DNA of 64,000 bases from Lama guanicoe (taxonomy: Eukaryota), in NCBI GenBank assembly GCA_013239625.1, contig MU054001.1, forward strand, positions 747,884 to 811,883. Reading direction: 5' to 3'. The first letter of the stretch is position 1. Each line of letters opens with the position of its first letter. The notes under the pieces are model-generated. The model saw only the letters and a program-made list of their open reading frames with translations, made no database searches and was not told the origin of the DNA. Shown piece after piece: positions 13,200 through 24,499 of the stretch. The translations under genes and the position numbers were made by a program.

Positions 13200-13960
13200 C
13201 CTTGCCTCCCCAAGTTCCCTAACCACCCACTCCAATCCCATTTTCTAGAAGTGACTCACTTCTTTGATGTATCTCTGGGTACATTTATCCTTATTTCTAA
13301 ATCATCTGTTTGTATAGCTTTTACTTTATTTTTAAATCGAGGTATTGTCTGTTAACGTCCTACTATAGAATGTGAGGCTCTGGCTCTTAATGCATTCCCC
13401 ACCGCTGCCCCCAGCACGCCCATGCCTGGAAACACAGCCCCACTCCCAGCCACCTTCCTCCCAACAGAGTTATGTCACAATTTGTATTGAGTTCAATGTT
13501 CAGCATTTACCTTATGATGATCATGTCAATATAACCCATGGCTGACACATTGATTGTATTGTGGTTACATTTCCTTCTTGTATAACTTTTTGTTTTCCCT
13601 GGAGTTGCTAATAGCCTTGTTTTCCATGTACCTCTCAGTAATTCACCTGTAGGCTATCAAAACTGTGACCCCCTCCTCAGCATTTTCAAGCACATCTGTC
13701 ATTTGATCAGTTGGGATTCTTCTAGGAGACATCCCACTGGACTCCAGCACTACTGCATTCTCCTGCTTAGTCTGGATTGGCTATTCTCTAGACTGACTAC
13801 TGCTATCTTTCTTTACCATCACCCCAAGGGTCCTTTTAGTCTCCCTATTAGGTCAGAACTTCATTTCCTGTCCCTGTCTTTTCATGGGTATCATCTAGTA
13901 ACTGCTAACTGAGTTCCTGTCTTATACACTCTTTGAGACTGAAAATGCCATTTTCCTAAC
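13200..13960 (-). mobile_element. Old L1ME fragment
   Basis: 'ggttacatttccttcttgtataactttttgttttccctggagtt', 'ctttgagactgaaaatg'. Confidence 0.6.
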
Positions 13961-15289
13961 CTCATCAACCAATGTCAAGGCTACAGGTGACCCCATTTGA
14001 AAACATCATAAAAATTTCTTACAGTTTCCCCCACCTTATTGCTCCATGGGCACCAGCGTGTTTTCAGAGTCAGAGACTTTTTCCGGCTCTCGGGAGCACT
14101 GAGTATATCCCTGCAATCAATTTCTCACTGACAGCTCAGAATTAATAACAACCTACATTGTAGAACCCTTTACTGTGTAGCAAGCACTGCCATGGTCTTA
14201 CCTGACTGCAGGAGGCAGGTAACCACTGTGAATCTTGTGAAACTGAGGAAGCAGAAGCTATGTCCTCAGCTGAACATTTATGAACAGGATCACACTGTTC
14301 ATAGATGTGGTCTAGGACCTGGTAAATGCCAGAGTACTTGAGAGAGCAACAACACATGTGCTTGGGGGCACCAGAGAAACAGAGGCATCATAAAAGTTTC
14401 AGTTTTGATGGGCTTAGCCGGAATTTTGCATTAAGAAAATCTTCCAATGAGCTATTTTTTATATTGGCTTATGTGTTTTGTATAAAATCTGTTTTGTATA
14501 GGTTTGTATTTTGTGGTTTTTGTAAGTTTTCGACATCTGTATGGTAGGTCAAAGGAACACCATAATATTTTCATGGTTTCAGACTTCTAAAGGCTTAATT
14601 GGGTTTGCTTCAAATTAGGTGATTTGCTCCCCCCCCTACCTACCTACTCTACCTGGATTAAATGAAATTCATTTCCATAATTATGCTTAAGTTTGGTCCA
14701 TCCCCAGAAACTAACTTTTTGGCATTGACCAAAAACCCCTGTAAGAATGTTCTATTGACTGAACAATTTTTCAGTGGAAAGGGTTGTATATCCAAATCAC
14801 CAGGGGAGAATTTTTCAACCTGTACTCTCTCTCTGACATTTTCCCCAGATCCTTATTCCACTTCCTTCCACCATGCCAGAGAGCTGGTGTTGCTGAGGGT
14901 GGTAAGTGGGAAAAGAAAAATCAAAACAATAAAATTCCACTGACCTTTATCAGAGTTTATGAACCATTTTTCAGAGGAAACAGCAAGTGCAAAGGCCCTG
15001 TGGCCCTTTTGAGGTTCCTAGTCCCTCAATGCTCCGCTATCTCAGGTAACAGCTAGCTAATTTTTAAAGAAATTTAAAAAATACTTTCAAAAGTAATCTC
15101 TGATGAAGTATTCTAGATTAATGTGGTTTAAACATAGCTTGAAAAACATGTTCTAGAAACTATACCTTAATCCAAAGAGGGAAGAGAAGTAGTGGAATTT
15201 CTGATCTTGGCAGGCAGAGGACTTCTATATTTGTCAGCCATGGAGAACAGCCCACCTGGAGAAGCAATGAGAAACATAGAGACAAGGAA

Positions 15290-15505
15290 GTGTGTGAGAT
15301 CAGGAGGCCCAGCTGGTAACCCCTGCTCTGTCCTAACCTGACTGTGTGATGTAAGTCACTCCTTACCGTAAACTTGGATAATATAAAACACGCATGCCTT
15401 AACTAATATCTCAAATGTAGAAGCGATAGTGAAGTGTTTTGTAATGAGACGCAGTTTGTGAAAGACCTGTGCATACCCATAGCATTAAATCCATGTTAGT
15501 TTTTA
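15290..15505 (+). mobile_element. MIR SINE (degenerate)
   Basis: 'ctgctctgtcctaacctgactgtgtgatgtaagtcactcc'. Confidence 0.55.
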
Positions 15506-16995
15506 CCAAGTCAGTTTAATTTCTTAACATTTTCATGCCAACGTATAGTACTCTCACATAATTCCCTCCTGGAAGGTACGTTTCTGTAACTCATTTTTCC
15601 ATGCCTTCCAAAAAACAGATCTTCTTTCCTTGGACGCAGGCTGCATAAAATTAAGTGTGTGTAAGTGAGTGTATCAGTGAGGGCTTGGGGTTGCAAACAT
15701 AGAGGTGGAAGAGGAATTTAGTCAAAGTTTATTGGAGTGCATAGAATTGATATTCAAAATAGTAACCAATAGGGGCTGGCACCGCCCAATCAGAAGGGAG
15801 CTGGAACAAGCGTCTGGTGGCCTCCTGCTGTTCTGAGAGTTAACCCGTAGGTTCCTGGATGATGGGGGAAAGCTGGGCAGGTTCCCAGGGAGGTGCCTCA
15901 GCCAGGGCAGCAGGCAGATTGAGTTGAGAAGCTTGGAGCCATGGCTATTTACTGATGGGGACAGAAGTGCTTCAGCATTTTCACCACTGGCACAGGCTTA
16001 CTAATGCAGGCTTGCTGAACATCAGCGAGTCCAAGAGAGCTAGGATGGAGAAAGATTCAGAAACCCAGACAGTAGAGAGGATGCCTCTACCGTCTTTTTG
16101 AGATCTTCTAGGGAGTCCACTGTCACTGATTCTGAACATCACTGCTGTAAGGGAAGTCCTGTGCCTTCATCTTTGTGGCATTCATGCGGGATACAAAGTC
16201 CTGTGTGGGAACTTGGGGTGGGCATGCTCCCTGCTTGCCAGGGAGCGACGAGGCCAACATGGCTTCCTGCAACGACACAGCCCATGGGACTTCTTCCAAG
16301 GAGAGAAGGGCTTTGGCTGCTGTGTATCCAGTGTCCGCTAGAATGAAGGTTTAATGTTGGGACAAAGATACTTTCTGTAAGGTAATCTCTAAACCTGTTT
16401 CTCCTTCTCGCTCTCATCCGGAGAGGAACTCTGTAAACAAATCATCATCGTCATTGCAAAAGACCTTAAAAAAACCACAAGGTGTTCGGCAGTGTGTTTC
16501 TAAGCTCAAGGTCACTTTGGATTTTCATCTCGACTGCCATGCTTTTCTTCTCATTAGAATATTTGACAAGAATTCTTTGCATGGATGAGCAGCTCCAAGC
16601 ACCCCAGCCCCACACTGTTCTCACAAAGATGTTGTCCTGTCATAGTAAATAATTGTACTGCCAGCTGAAAGTCAGTATCTGTGTTAGACACACATTAACG
16701 CAGAAATCTGGTGTTCGTACAGGTACAAAGCCGGAAGATACCACATGATTTTTTGATGAAATAACATGTATTTTCTTCCCCTTAGGTTACTTACGAGTGG
16801 CCTAAAAAGTAGAGTTTACATCTTTATTCATTTCCAGATCCCTACTGCACTTGGCAAAGAGCTTTGATCATAGTTGAGGGTTGAAAATGTTTATTGAGTT
16901 GGACAGTGGTGTTGGAAATTGCAAGAATATGACTGTTCTAAGTCTGAGAAGTTGTGTACAGGAGGAAGTCAAGTACAGTGGTTCGTGTTTCAGGC

Positions 16996-17081
16996 AGGGT
17001 GACCAACTGTCCCAGTTTGCCTGGCCTGAGAGGGTGCCCAGGACACAAGATCTGCAGGGCTGAAACTGGGAAGGTCACAGG
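16996..17081 (+). mobile_element. MER81-like hAT-Blackjack MITE (partial)
   Basis: 'agggtgaccaactgtcccagtttgcctgg...gctgaaactgggaaggtc'. Confidence 0.75.
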
Positions 17082-17084
17082 CTC

Positions 17085-17275
17085 GGGCACTAGACCACCT
17101 GGATTGGAATTCTGGTTCTACGACTTACTAATGGCATGACTCGGTTTCCTACTTGCAAAATGTAAACCATTACACACTTATCATTGGGCTTTGGAAATAC
17201 ATACGCTAATGTGTGTGAGTACTTTGGACTATGGTGGCTTCTAGTACATGTTCAGCTAATGTTGACAAATAGTAA
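17085..17275 (+). mobile_element. MIR SINE
   Basis: 'agaccacctggattggaattctggttctacgacttacta...ctcggtttcctacttgcaaaatg'. Confidence 0.7.
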
Positions 17276-17615
17276 ATTCTTATAATGCCTGACTGTAAGT
17301 TCTCCCACCAGAGCCCAGATGCTTCCATGAATATTCTTCTTAGCATTTGTTAAGTCTTTTAAAAATACTGTGTGTTGTAAAATTTAAACAGTGGAGGGTG
17401 GTTCCAAAACAATGTTCTTTTGAAATAAAACAAACCGATCTTTTGCAGACACTGACAAATAACAAGTCAAATTGGAAATCCCTTTGTATAATCACAATAT
17501 ATTATAATGACATGGACTGAGAAGATTAGTAGGGGTGGGGAAAAGTACCTTGAGATGAGTGTTGTGATTCTACTATTTTAGAAGGCTGTTGTACCAACTG
17601 ACTTCCCCCGTCCAG

Positions 17616-17629
17616 ACACACACACACCA

Positions 17630-17661
<32 letters not shown>
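17616..17661. repeat. Interrupted (CA)n microsatellite
   Basis: Directly visible. Confidence 0.95.
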
Positions 17662-17663
<2 letters not shown>

Positions 17664-18569
17664 CCAATACAATGCTGTTGTTTTCACACTGGGAAGTTGA
17701 GGATTTCCAAAAATTATCCAGGGGAAAAGATAAGGAAAGCGGGGGCGGGGAGGCGGGCAGGAAAATCCTCTTGTCAGTGCTACTGTGGTCCTGCTGTCTG
17801 TGACTTTCCCCTCTCTCCGATGGAAACGTTCCTTATCCCCAATTTCATGGACAAGCTGAAATCAAAGTGTAAATATTTTGCCATCACTAGGACCTGATTT
17901 CTTCATCTAAGTATTCAGAAGTCTTTAGTCCCCAAGTGAAAGAACACAGGAGCCTTATCATCTTACATGGAAACCAGGGCATGTGCTGAAAGCTAACCGA
18001 TGAAGGAAGAACCATGGTCTGGAAGGCAAACTCTTGCCAGTTCTCTGAGCTAACGCTCCCCTGGGCCAGTGCGGCCCACTTGCTGTTAGCCTGGCCTTGT
18101 TTTTAATTGGGTTTCGGCCCCAGGAGCTCAGATCATGGGGATGAAAAGAAGAAATGGTCAATAATCCGGGTGTTTTGTCTGCGCTGTCAAGTGTGAGCGT
18201 GTAGGGGAACGTCTGGGTGGCTGAGTCTCGACTTTCTGGTCTACAGGCCTGAATCCTTTTTTCTTTCTCCTTAGACTGTAAGATCAGTTACACCCTTAGA
18301 ATTGTAAGGTAGCTGCAGTGTTTTCTTGTTTCCTCCTACCTCTTAGAAGAAAGAAACCACGCAACAGGAAACAAGTTAATATAAACCTTTAGTTAAAAAA
18401 GATGTTGAAGAAACAGGATAGCTATGGTGTCAGTAAGCATTCTGTGTGTTGGTGTTTCCGAGGGTAGGAAACACTCCAGTGAAGGGAGGTGGAAAGATCT
18501 TAGGCAGAGCACTAGGTAACAGAGACTTCGCAGATAATGACCCCCCTTTCTGGCCTCTTTAATCCCACT

Positions 18570-18910
18570 ACCTACATCTAGAAGGAAGTCTCAGTTGGGT
18601 GCTAGTACGTCTCTTAACACCTCCCCAGCCCTTGCTAACCTGCCCCTTAGCAAAGATCAGTAGCCTCAGCTTCAGCTCTTCAGTAGGCAACACAGCCTGT
18701 CTGGAATTTAATGACATTGCTTTGCTTGCTTTTTGTCCACTTTTCATATTTGCCCTTTTTTTCCCATTTATTGTACTGCATAAAGTTTTTTCTTTTAAAT
18801 AAAAGTATGCCCATTTGAAGAAAGCCATTAAGTAATTATAGTGAGGTAAGTGTACAGGTACGTTATAAATCATGAAGGAAGTCCATGAGCAGCCTAATTT
18901 TAGGAACTGA
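18570..18910. mobile_element. hAT-Charlie element (MER113-like)
   Basis: Similar to the element at 38500-38945 ('agtctcagttgggtgctagtacgtctcttaacacct' vs 'actctaagtttggttgctaatatgtctttaatactt'). Confidence 0.55.
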
Positions 18911-18949
18911 TAACAAATTTCTTCACTGTGAAAGAAAGGTGTAATTCTT

Positions 18950-19620
18950 TCATTCATTCATCCATTCATCCGTCCTCCATCCATCCTTCATCCATCCACC
19001 CATCTTTCCATCCTCCACTCGTCCATTCATTCATATGCCTATCCATCCATCCAATAAATATTTATTGAGGATCTACTATGTTATGCTGAACCTTGTGGAT
19101 CAGGAGACAAAGTCCTTAGCCTCAGGGAGTGGTAGGGAAGAGAGAGAGCAGTCATACAAATAAGTATATAAAATAATGTCTGAAATAAAATGAAGAAAAA
19201 TAAAGCAAGGGAATAGAGATTAACAGTGGTGAAGGTTCTCTTTTTGACGGAGTGGTTAGGGTAGATCCCTCTCAGGAGATGCCATTTGAGCAAAGGCTTG
19301 GATGAAGATAGGTGTGAAGCATCATGCATGTGGAGGAAAAGCCTTTCAGGAAGCTAGAATAGCCAGTGCAAAGTCCTGAGGCAGGAAGTGTGCCTGGCGT
19401 GGGCTGGCTGCAGTGGAGTGGAAAAGGGACATGGCACAAGATGTGACTGGGGATCTGGGCAGGAGGTGAGTCATGTAGGGTCTTGTTGGCCATGGCATTA
19501 ATTTTATTCCTAGTGAAATGGGAGCCATTGGAGTGTTTTGAGCAAAGAAAATATGATGTGTTTTAAGTTTTTAAAGGTCACTTTGGCTTCTGTGTGGAGA
19601 AGAGATGGGTGGAGGGTGTG
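18950..19620 (-). mobile_element. L2 LINE 3' portion with expanded (TCCA)n tail
   Basis: 'ccaataaatatttattgaggatctactatg', 'gagatgccatttgagcaaagg', 'gaaatgggagccattggagtgttttgagc'. Confidence 0.85.
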
Positions 19621-19629
19621 GTAGAGTGC

Positions 19630-20280
19630 AACCATAAAAAAGAACGAAATTTTGCCATTTGCAGCAACATGGATGGACTTGAGGGCATTATGCTAAGTGA
19701 AATAAGTCAGACAGAGAAAGACAAATACTGTATGATATCACTTATAAGTGAAATCTAAAAAACACACCAAACTAGTGAATATAACAAAAAAGAAGCAGAC
19801 CCACAGATAAAGAGAACAAACCAGTGGTTACCAGTGAGGAGAGGGAAGGGAGGGAGGGGCAAGATAGGGGTGGGGGAGGAAGAGGCACAAACTTTTGTAT
19901 AAAGTAAACTACAAGGATATACTATACAACACAGGAAATACAGCCAGTATTTTATAATAACTATAAATGAAGTATAACCTTTAAAAATTTTGAATCACTA
20001 TACTGTACAACTGGAACTTGCTACTATATACAAAGAGAGATAAATTAGAAGTTTGGGGTAGCAGGTAAAAACTACTATGTACAGAATAGATAAACAACAA
20101 GGTCCTACTGTAGAGCATGGGGAACTACATTTAATAGCTTGTAATAACCTATTATGAAAAAGAACACATATATAACTGAATCACTATGCCGTATACCAGA
20201 AGCTAAAACAACATTGTAAATCAACTCTACTTCAATAAAAACATCAAGTCTGAAAAAAAAAAGAAGAAAAGAAACAAACA
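19630..20280 (+). mobile_element. Two tandem L1 3' ends (older L1MA-like, then younger cetartiodactyl-like) with A-rich tail
   Basis: 'gccatttgcagcaacatggatggacttgagggcattatgctaagtgaaataagtcag'; 'gaatcacta' terminus appears twice (~19992 and ~20178); tail at 20253-20283. Confidence 0.9.
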
Positions 20281-20329
20281 AAAGCGCCCCCCAGCCCAAC
20301 CTACTCTTTAGCGTTCAATGTCAGAACAG

Positions 20330-20465
20330 TGGCTTCCGTTGGAGGCTTTTTGCTCTAGATATTGGTTATACCAGGTGTTCACTTTGTGAAAATTCACCTA
20401 ACTGTACAATATAATTTGTGCACATTTCTATATAAGTGGTATACTTTATTAAAAGGTTTTAAAAG
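20330..20465 (+). mobile_element. Old L1ME/MC 3' end
   Basis: 'ggtgttcactttgtgaaaattcac...tgtgcacatttcta...tatactttattaaaagg'. Confidence 0.7.
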
Positions 20466-21479
20466 ACCCAAAGGTAGAAAAACAAACATAGGGGATTTAT
20501 TAGCCTTAATAGATGATATTAGCATCAGTGCATCTCAGAAGATTTTAGACAGATTGCAAATGAGGCTCTTTAATGGCTTGTAAGAAACTGGGAATACAAA
20601 GCATTATTAAACAGGCATCTTTCTCCTCTGAATGGTCTCCACAGATCTCCCATCCCAAACACGAGGTGGACTGAACTCTCTGCAAATCGTCTATGTTACA
20701 GTTATTCTGTCCTACACTTCTAAGTGGGTGTTCTTGAGAGGTGACATTCTCTTTTCAGCCCTGCAAAGAAAGCCCAAACCTCACCACAGGCAGCGTGAGA
20801 TTACTAGGAGATTGCACACAAGCCTCTTAAAGGAACCTGTCATGGTTCCTGGGCCCCACCCCTCTGGCATTCTGGTCCATTCCCTGCCGAAAATCACCAA
20901 AGACACTCCATCTGCTTCCTTGGACTTATCTTTCAGGCTGCGTCGGCCAGTTCCTATGATCTGACGGAGTAAGACATGCTCAACAAGCTGAGTGCCAGTA
21001 CCGCCAGCCCACCGTGTTAGAGTGGAATTATCAGGCTGAAATCAGAAGCCATTTAAATCTTCAACAAGCTCTCATTACGGCTGTTGATTCAGGAGACCAT
21101 GCTTTCCCAGACACCAGTGGTATTCCTGACAGATGTTTTGCCTGAACGGAGGGAGTCCCTTCAGAGGAGTAATTAACAAATATCAACTGGGGCTGAAACA
21201 TCAAGAATCTGCAGATCTCTTGGTCCCATTTCTTTGGAGTCCCCAGAAGAGAAAATGCACCAAAAGCGCATCGGACGTACATCTCATCCTTCAGGTGAGA
21301 GCGAGACAGCCCCGCTCAGAGCATCTGCTCTGGGAGTATTCCCCAGACAGCGCTGCTGTGTACTCGCCTCTTCAGCTGGTGAACTGAAATGGAATCGTCA
21401 TCATAATGATAATAGCAAGAACTATTCTGTTTTCAGCACAGCAGCCTGCATCATCCTGGCATAAGTTCAGTCACAGCAG

Positions 21480-22050
21480 GTCTCCCTTATTCTCAAAACC
21501 TGCCAGTGGCTCCCATGTCCTAGTAAAATCCAAAGTCTTCCCGGGGCGCCCCCGCCCTTCCTGATCTGGCCCTCACTTACCCCGCTGACATCACCTGCCA
21601 TCATTCTTGCCCGCCCTTGTTTTCTCCAGCCACACTCATCCCTTTGCTGCTCCTCAGAAACGCTAGGTGTGCTCTGACTTTAGGGCTTGGTGCTGCCTGG
21701 CCCCAGTGCTTGGAGTGACCCCGTGGACCACCATGTTGGCTCACTCGTTCAGTCCCTCGAGGTCTTGGCTTACATGTCACCACTTCAGTGAGTCTGACCC
21801 TGATGATCCTGTCCCGTCTCACTGCTGCTCTTCTTCACCCTGACCTTTTTTTTTTCTCATACTGTTTCGACCTAAATTCCGTATGATCGTCTCCCTGCTT
21901 ATTATTTATTGTTTTGTCCACACTAGGATATCTGCTCCAGCAGGTCAGGGATTTTGTCTTTGCTCTTCTGTTTTGTTCACCCGTGTCTCCCATGTACCTA
22001 ACCTAGAGTCTGGCACATATAAATAACTGCCGAATGTTGAATGGTTAACA
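21480..22050 (+). mobile_element. L2 LINE 3' portion
   Basis: 'ctcaaaacctgccagtggctccc...aaaatccaaagtc', ends 'ttttgttcacc...tctggcacatataaataactgccgaatgttgaatg'. Confidence 0.85.
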
Positions 22051-22059
22051 TTTGTTGGG

Positions 22060-22275
22060 TGCTTAGTCTGTGCTTTTATGATGAGCACTTGACGTGTACA
22101 CATGTGACGCTTAACAATGCATGACAAAGGTAATATCATTAACCACATTTCCAAATGAAGAAATCAAAGCAGAGAGAGGTGGATTAACCTGCAAGGGTCA
22201 CACAGCTAGTAGATCACGGAGCCAAGATTCAAACCCAAGCAGTCAGTCCTAGAACACTAGTTCTTACCCACACCA
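22060..22275 (-). mobile_element. MIR SINE
   Basis: 'cacatttccaaatgaagaaatc...gggtcacacagctagt...gagccaagattcaaacccaagcagtc'. Confidence 0.85.
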
Positions 22276-22334
22276 ACTAAATTAAAACAAGCAATATCAA
22301 GATGAGGATGTGCACCCGGCCGGCAAGTTTTGCT

Positions 22335-22800
22335 TGTGGTGGTAGACATCACCTCACTGCTCCTACATTCATTCTCTTCCTGGCAGTTGCACCCCGTTTC
22401 CATCTAGGGAATTATTCCCTCCTCCACGTTCAGTCTGTGGTACCCCATTCCTGAGCAGGGGCAAAGCACGGGATGAGAGAGAGCCAGTCAGCCCTGGGAA
22501 GCCTTGGGCCTTGGTGATTGGCTCAGGGACGGTCATGTGACCTGATCAGCCGGAGAATGCTGGGGCAAGATGGCTTGAACGCTGCGGGATGGGGAGGCCG
22601 GGAGCCTGGGAAGCTGATGGCACCGTTCTGGGAGCTTACAGGGAGGTGAGCCTGCCCGAGAAGAGCGCCAACACCGGAAGTAGAGTCAATGAAGGTGAGA
22701 GAGGCCCTGGGGCTGTCCAGTGGGCTTGTCTGAGGCCCTGGGGGGCTCTCCCCTCTGCTCCAGCATCCTCTGTGGGTAACAGCGACTCTCCACGGAACAC
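22335..22800 (+). mobile_element. ERVL LTR (LTR16-like)
   Basis: 'gtgattggctcagggacggtcatgtgacctga' typical LTR16 motif. Confidence 0.65.
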
Positions 22801-22802
22801 TG

Positions 22803-22990
22803 CTTCCTTTGGTTTTCCTCTTTCATTTCCCTCTTCTTCTTTTCTTTCTCTTGTTTTATCTCTTTCATTTCTTTCTGCCTCCCTTTCTTTTCTTTCCTTT
22901 CTCTTCTTTTTCTTCTCTTCCTTCCTCCCTCTCACCTTTTCTTCTTTCCTTCTCTTCTGTCTCCCTCCCTCCTTTCCTTCCTGCCTTTCC
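22803..22990. repeat. Polypyrimidine (CT-rich) low-complexity tract
   Basis: About 190 bp almost entirely C/T. Confidence 0.95.
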
Positions 22991-22994
22991 TGAC

Positions 22995-23170
22995 ATTAAC
23001 TGAGTGATTCTTATATGCCAGAAACTCTCCTACGTTTAAATACGTTATCCCCTTAGACATGTTTAATATTCCCGTTCTGTAGATGAGGACACGGGCTAGG
23101 AAATTTGCACAGCATCACCCAGTTGACAGGGTCCAATTTCAAACCCAGGCCATCTGACTTAAGCCCTTGA
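22995..23170 (-). mobile_element. MIR SINE
   Basis: 'cccgttctgtagatgaggacac...atttcaaacccaggccatctgact'. Confidence 0.8.
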
Positions 23171-23289
23171 TCATTAGGCAGCACTGCCTCCCTTGTGGAG
23201 CACAGGGGCTTGTGTGGGGCAGAGAGACCAGAAGAAGAAAGGGTGGCTACAAAGCCAGCCAGCATAAGTACAGGTCGCAGTGTGAGGGG

Positions 23290-23570
23290 CAGACTAGTGT
23301 AGTGATTAAGAACAAAGCTTTGGATTTAGGCCAGCTCTGGTTTGAATTTGGCCTCCTCCCTGTACTTGCTGTGTGAACTTGGCACATTAACCTCTCTGAG
23401 CTCTTGAATTCCCATCTGTACCACAAAGATCATAGCACATGTCTTGAAAATATGTTGCCTAGTTTAACTGAGAAAATGGATACAAAGCGTTACCCCATTA
23501 TTTGGTACATAAGTGAAAGCCACTGTGGTAATAACATTTATATATAATTACTGTTAATATTCTTATTATT
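23290..23570 (+). mobile_element. MIR SINE
   Basis: 'gtgtagtgattaagaac...gctgtgtgaacttggcacattaacctctctgagc'. Confidence 0.85.
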
Positions 23571-24499
23571 AGTTGCCCTTAGATGAAAACAGCAAAGTGT
23601 GTTTTCTCCCTTGTAACTTTAGGCAACAGCCTCCGTTCTAGCTTTACCCTTGAAACTGAAGACTGATTAGATGCTATTGAAAAATATCCATTTAAACTAT
23701 GCCAATTGAATTTTGTCAACCTTAGGAGGGAAAACGTAAGATATGTAGCCTTCAGGATGTGACTGTTTAAAGAGATGTTCTCAGAAATACGCACATGCCC
23801 CAGTGAGGGATGAATTAGTCTGAGTCCTTCCCCAGGTGATGTCAAGCAGACAGTTCTTTCAGAATTAGCAATCTGGCTACAAACCACTGGTATCGTGCCA
23901 CGGGCATAAACCTTCACAGGCTGGGGTGGGGGGCGGGGGGCACAGATTGTACTAACAGGAAACATCTCCCAGATCTCGGATTAATGCAGCTGTGGAAAAT
24001 AGCATTGTAATCAGTGTATTCTCCAATGGAGGCACTTTTATTGAAAAGCCTTTCTTTTCTATCCTGAGAGTAACGGAATGTTTTCGCTAAGCATAAGCTA
24101 CAGAGAATTTTCTAAATACGCATGTTTTCTGCGTGTCAGTTTAATTGCACGTTGTAGATCAATTCTGAGATTCCTTGGGGATAACAGCTCCCCCCAAAAT
24201 GCTTCTCTCCGACCTGAGCCATCAAGTCACCATACTGTTTTATATTTGGGAGTTTCCGGCTTCCCGCCTTCCTTCCACACTTCCCATAGCTGTGCGCTTG
24301 TATTTACGTTTGCAAAAGAGCATTGCATCAGCGCTGACCAGAAGATGACTTGAAGTTAAAGCACTTGCCAGTTTCCATTTTCTTCGCAGCGTTCCTTTCC
24401 ACTCCTACTTTTTCTTTAAAAAAAAAAAAAAACCTTAAGAAAACTTGATCCGTTTGGAACAGACTGGCTCCAGCTATTCCTTCCTGTGCTCCCCGAGAC

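Noticed and set aside
22589..23003. Lys/Glu/Arg-rich and Phe/Leu/Ser-rich ORFs
   Set aside because: Artefacts of translating the polypyrimidine tract.
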